A stretch of 64,000 bases of DNA, from positions 182,539 to 246,538 of the forward strand of contig CAZNEE010000003.1 in the NCBI GenBank assembly GCA_964572255.1, in the 5' to 3' direction; not shown here. Source of the DNA: an uncultured Planctomycetia bacterium. GTDB lineage: Bacteria; Omnitrophota; Gorgyraeia; Tantalellales; Tantalellaceae. More model-generated notes on the stretch are below. The model searched no databases. It was given only the letters and a program-made list of their open reading frames with translations, and was not told the DNA's origin. Positions within the stretch are counted from its first letter, which is position 1.

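Noticed and set aside
31084-63695. Plus-strand ORFs inside gene D (for example 31519..32403 at 294 aa, 48085..48963 at 292 aa, 49573..50235 at 220 aa, 50989..52350 at 453 aa and 52347..53063 at 238 aa), and the minus-strand ORF 63560..63856 in another frame.
   Set aside because: They are antisense or out-of-frame shadows of the 10,940-codon ORF. They are low-complexity Ser/Leu/Ala-rich translations typical of reverse-complemented Glu/Lys/Ala-rich coding sequence. The repetitive ones mirror the gene D tandem repeats.
1-64000. Mobile elements, tRNA, rRNA, CRISPR or prophage signatures.
   Set aside because: The three short intergenic spacers (23525-23912, 25977-26200 and 30830-31019) hold no tRNA-like cloverleaf, no inverted terminal repeats and no transposase- or integrase-like ORFs. 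Everything else is occupied by the four CDSs.

Overview
This 64-kb window is almost entirely coding. Two giant genes on the minus strand dominate it, and both run off the window.

- **Gene A** is complement(<1..23524), with at least 7,841 codons in the window. It is missing from the supplied ORF track because it has no in-window stop. I translated it by hand from the ATG at 23524 to position 1 and found no stop.
- **Gene D** is complement(31020..>63842). It is 10,940 codons from the first in-window start candidate, a GTG, and the frame is still open to position 64000.
- **Between them, on the plus strand**, sit two genes. One is a GT-C glycosyltransferase of the PMT/TMTC type with C-terminal TPRs (23913..25976). 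The other is a roughly 1,540-aa HEAT-repeat membrane or lipoprotein-like protein with an internal duplication (26201..30829).

Gene A is built from a Tyr/Asp-rich beta-type module of about 72 aa. This module is repeated about 57 times in tandem with a 216-bp period. About 10 larger derivative modules of ~146 aa (~440 bp) follow, and gene A also has an N-terminal signal-anchor helix.

Gene D is a multidomain giant with several membrane-spanning regions. Its middle contains a complete SecA-like preprotein-translocase ATPase motor, defined by GEGKT, DEVD, a PPXD-like segment, SGMTGT, GRGTDI and RGRSGRQG. It also has:

- 11-12 alpha-helical tandem repeats of about 60 aa
- three separated TM clusters
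- dockerin/EF-hand-like Asp-rich loops
- about 7 N-terminal beta modules of ~95 aa

No rRNA, tRNA, CRISPR or mobile element was seen. The giant-gene architecture, moderate GC and frequent AGA/AGG arginine codons resemble giant-gene loci reported in uncultivated bacteria such as Omnitrophota. Taxonomy cannot be established from this sequence alone.

Lead hypothesis: this is an accessory-Sec-like export and glycosylation system for a giant repeat surface protein, in which the SecA-type motor is itself fused into a giant membrane protein.
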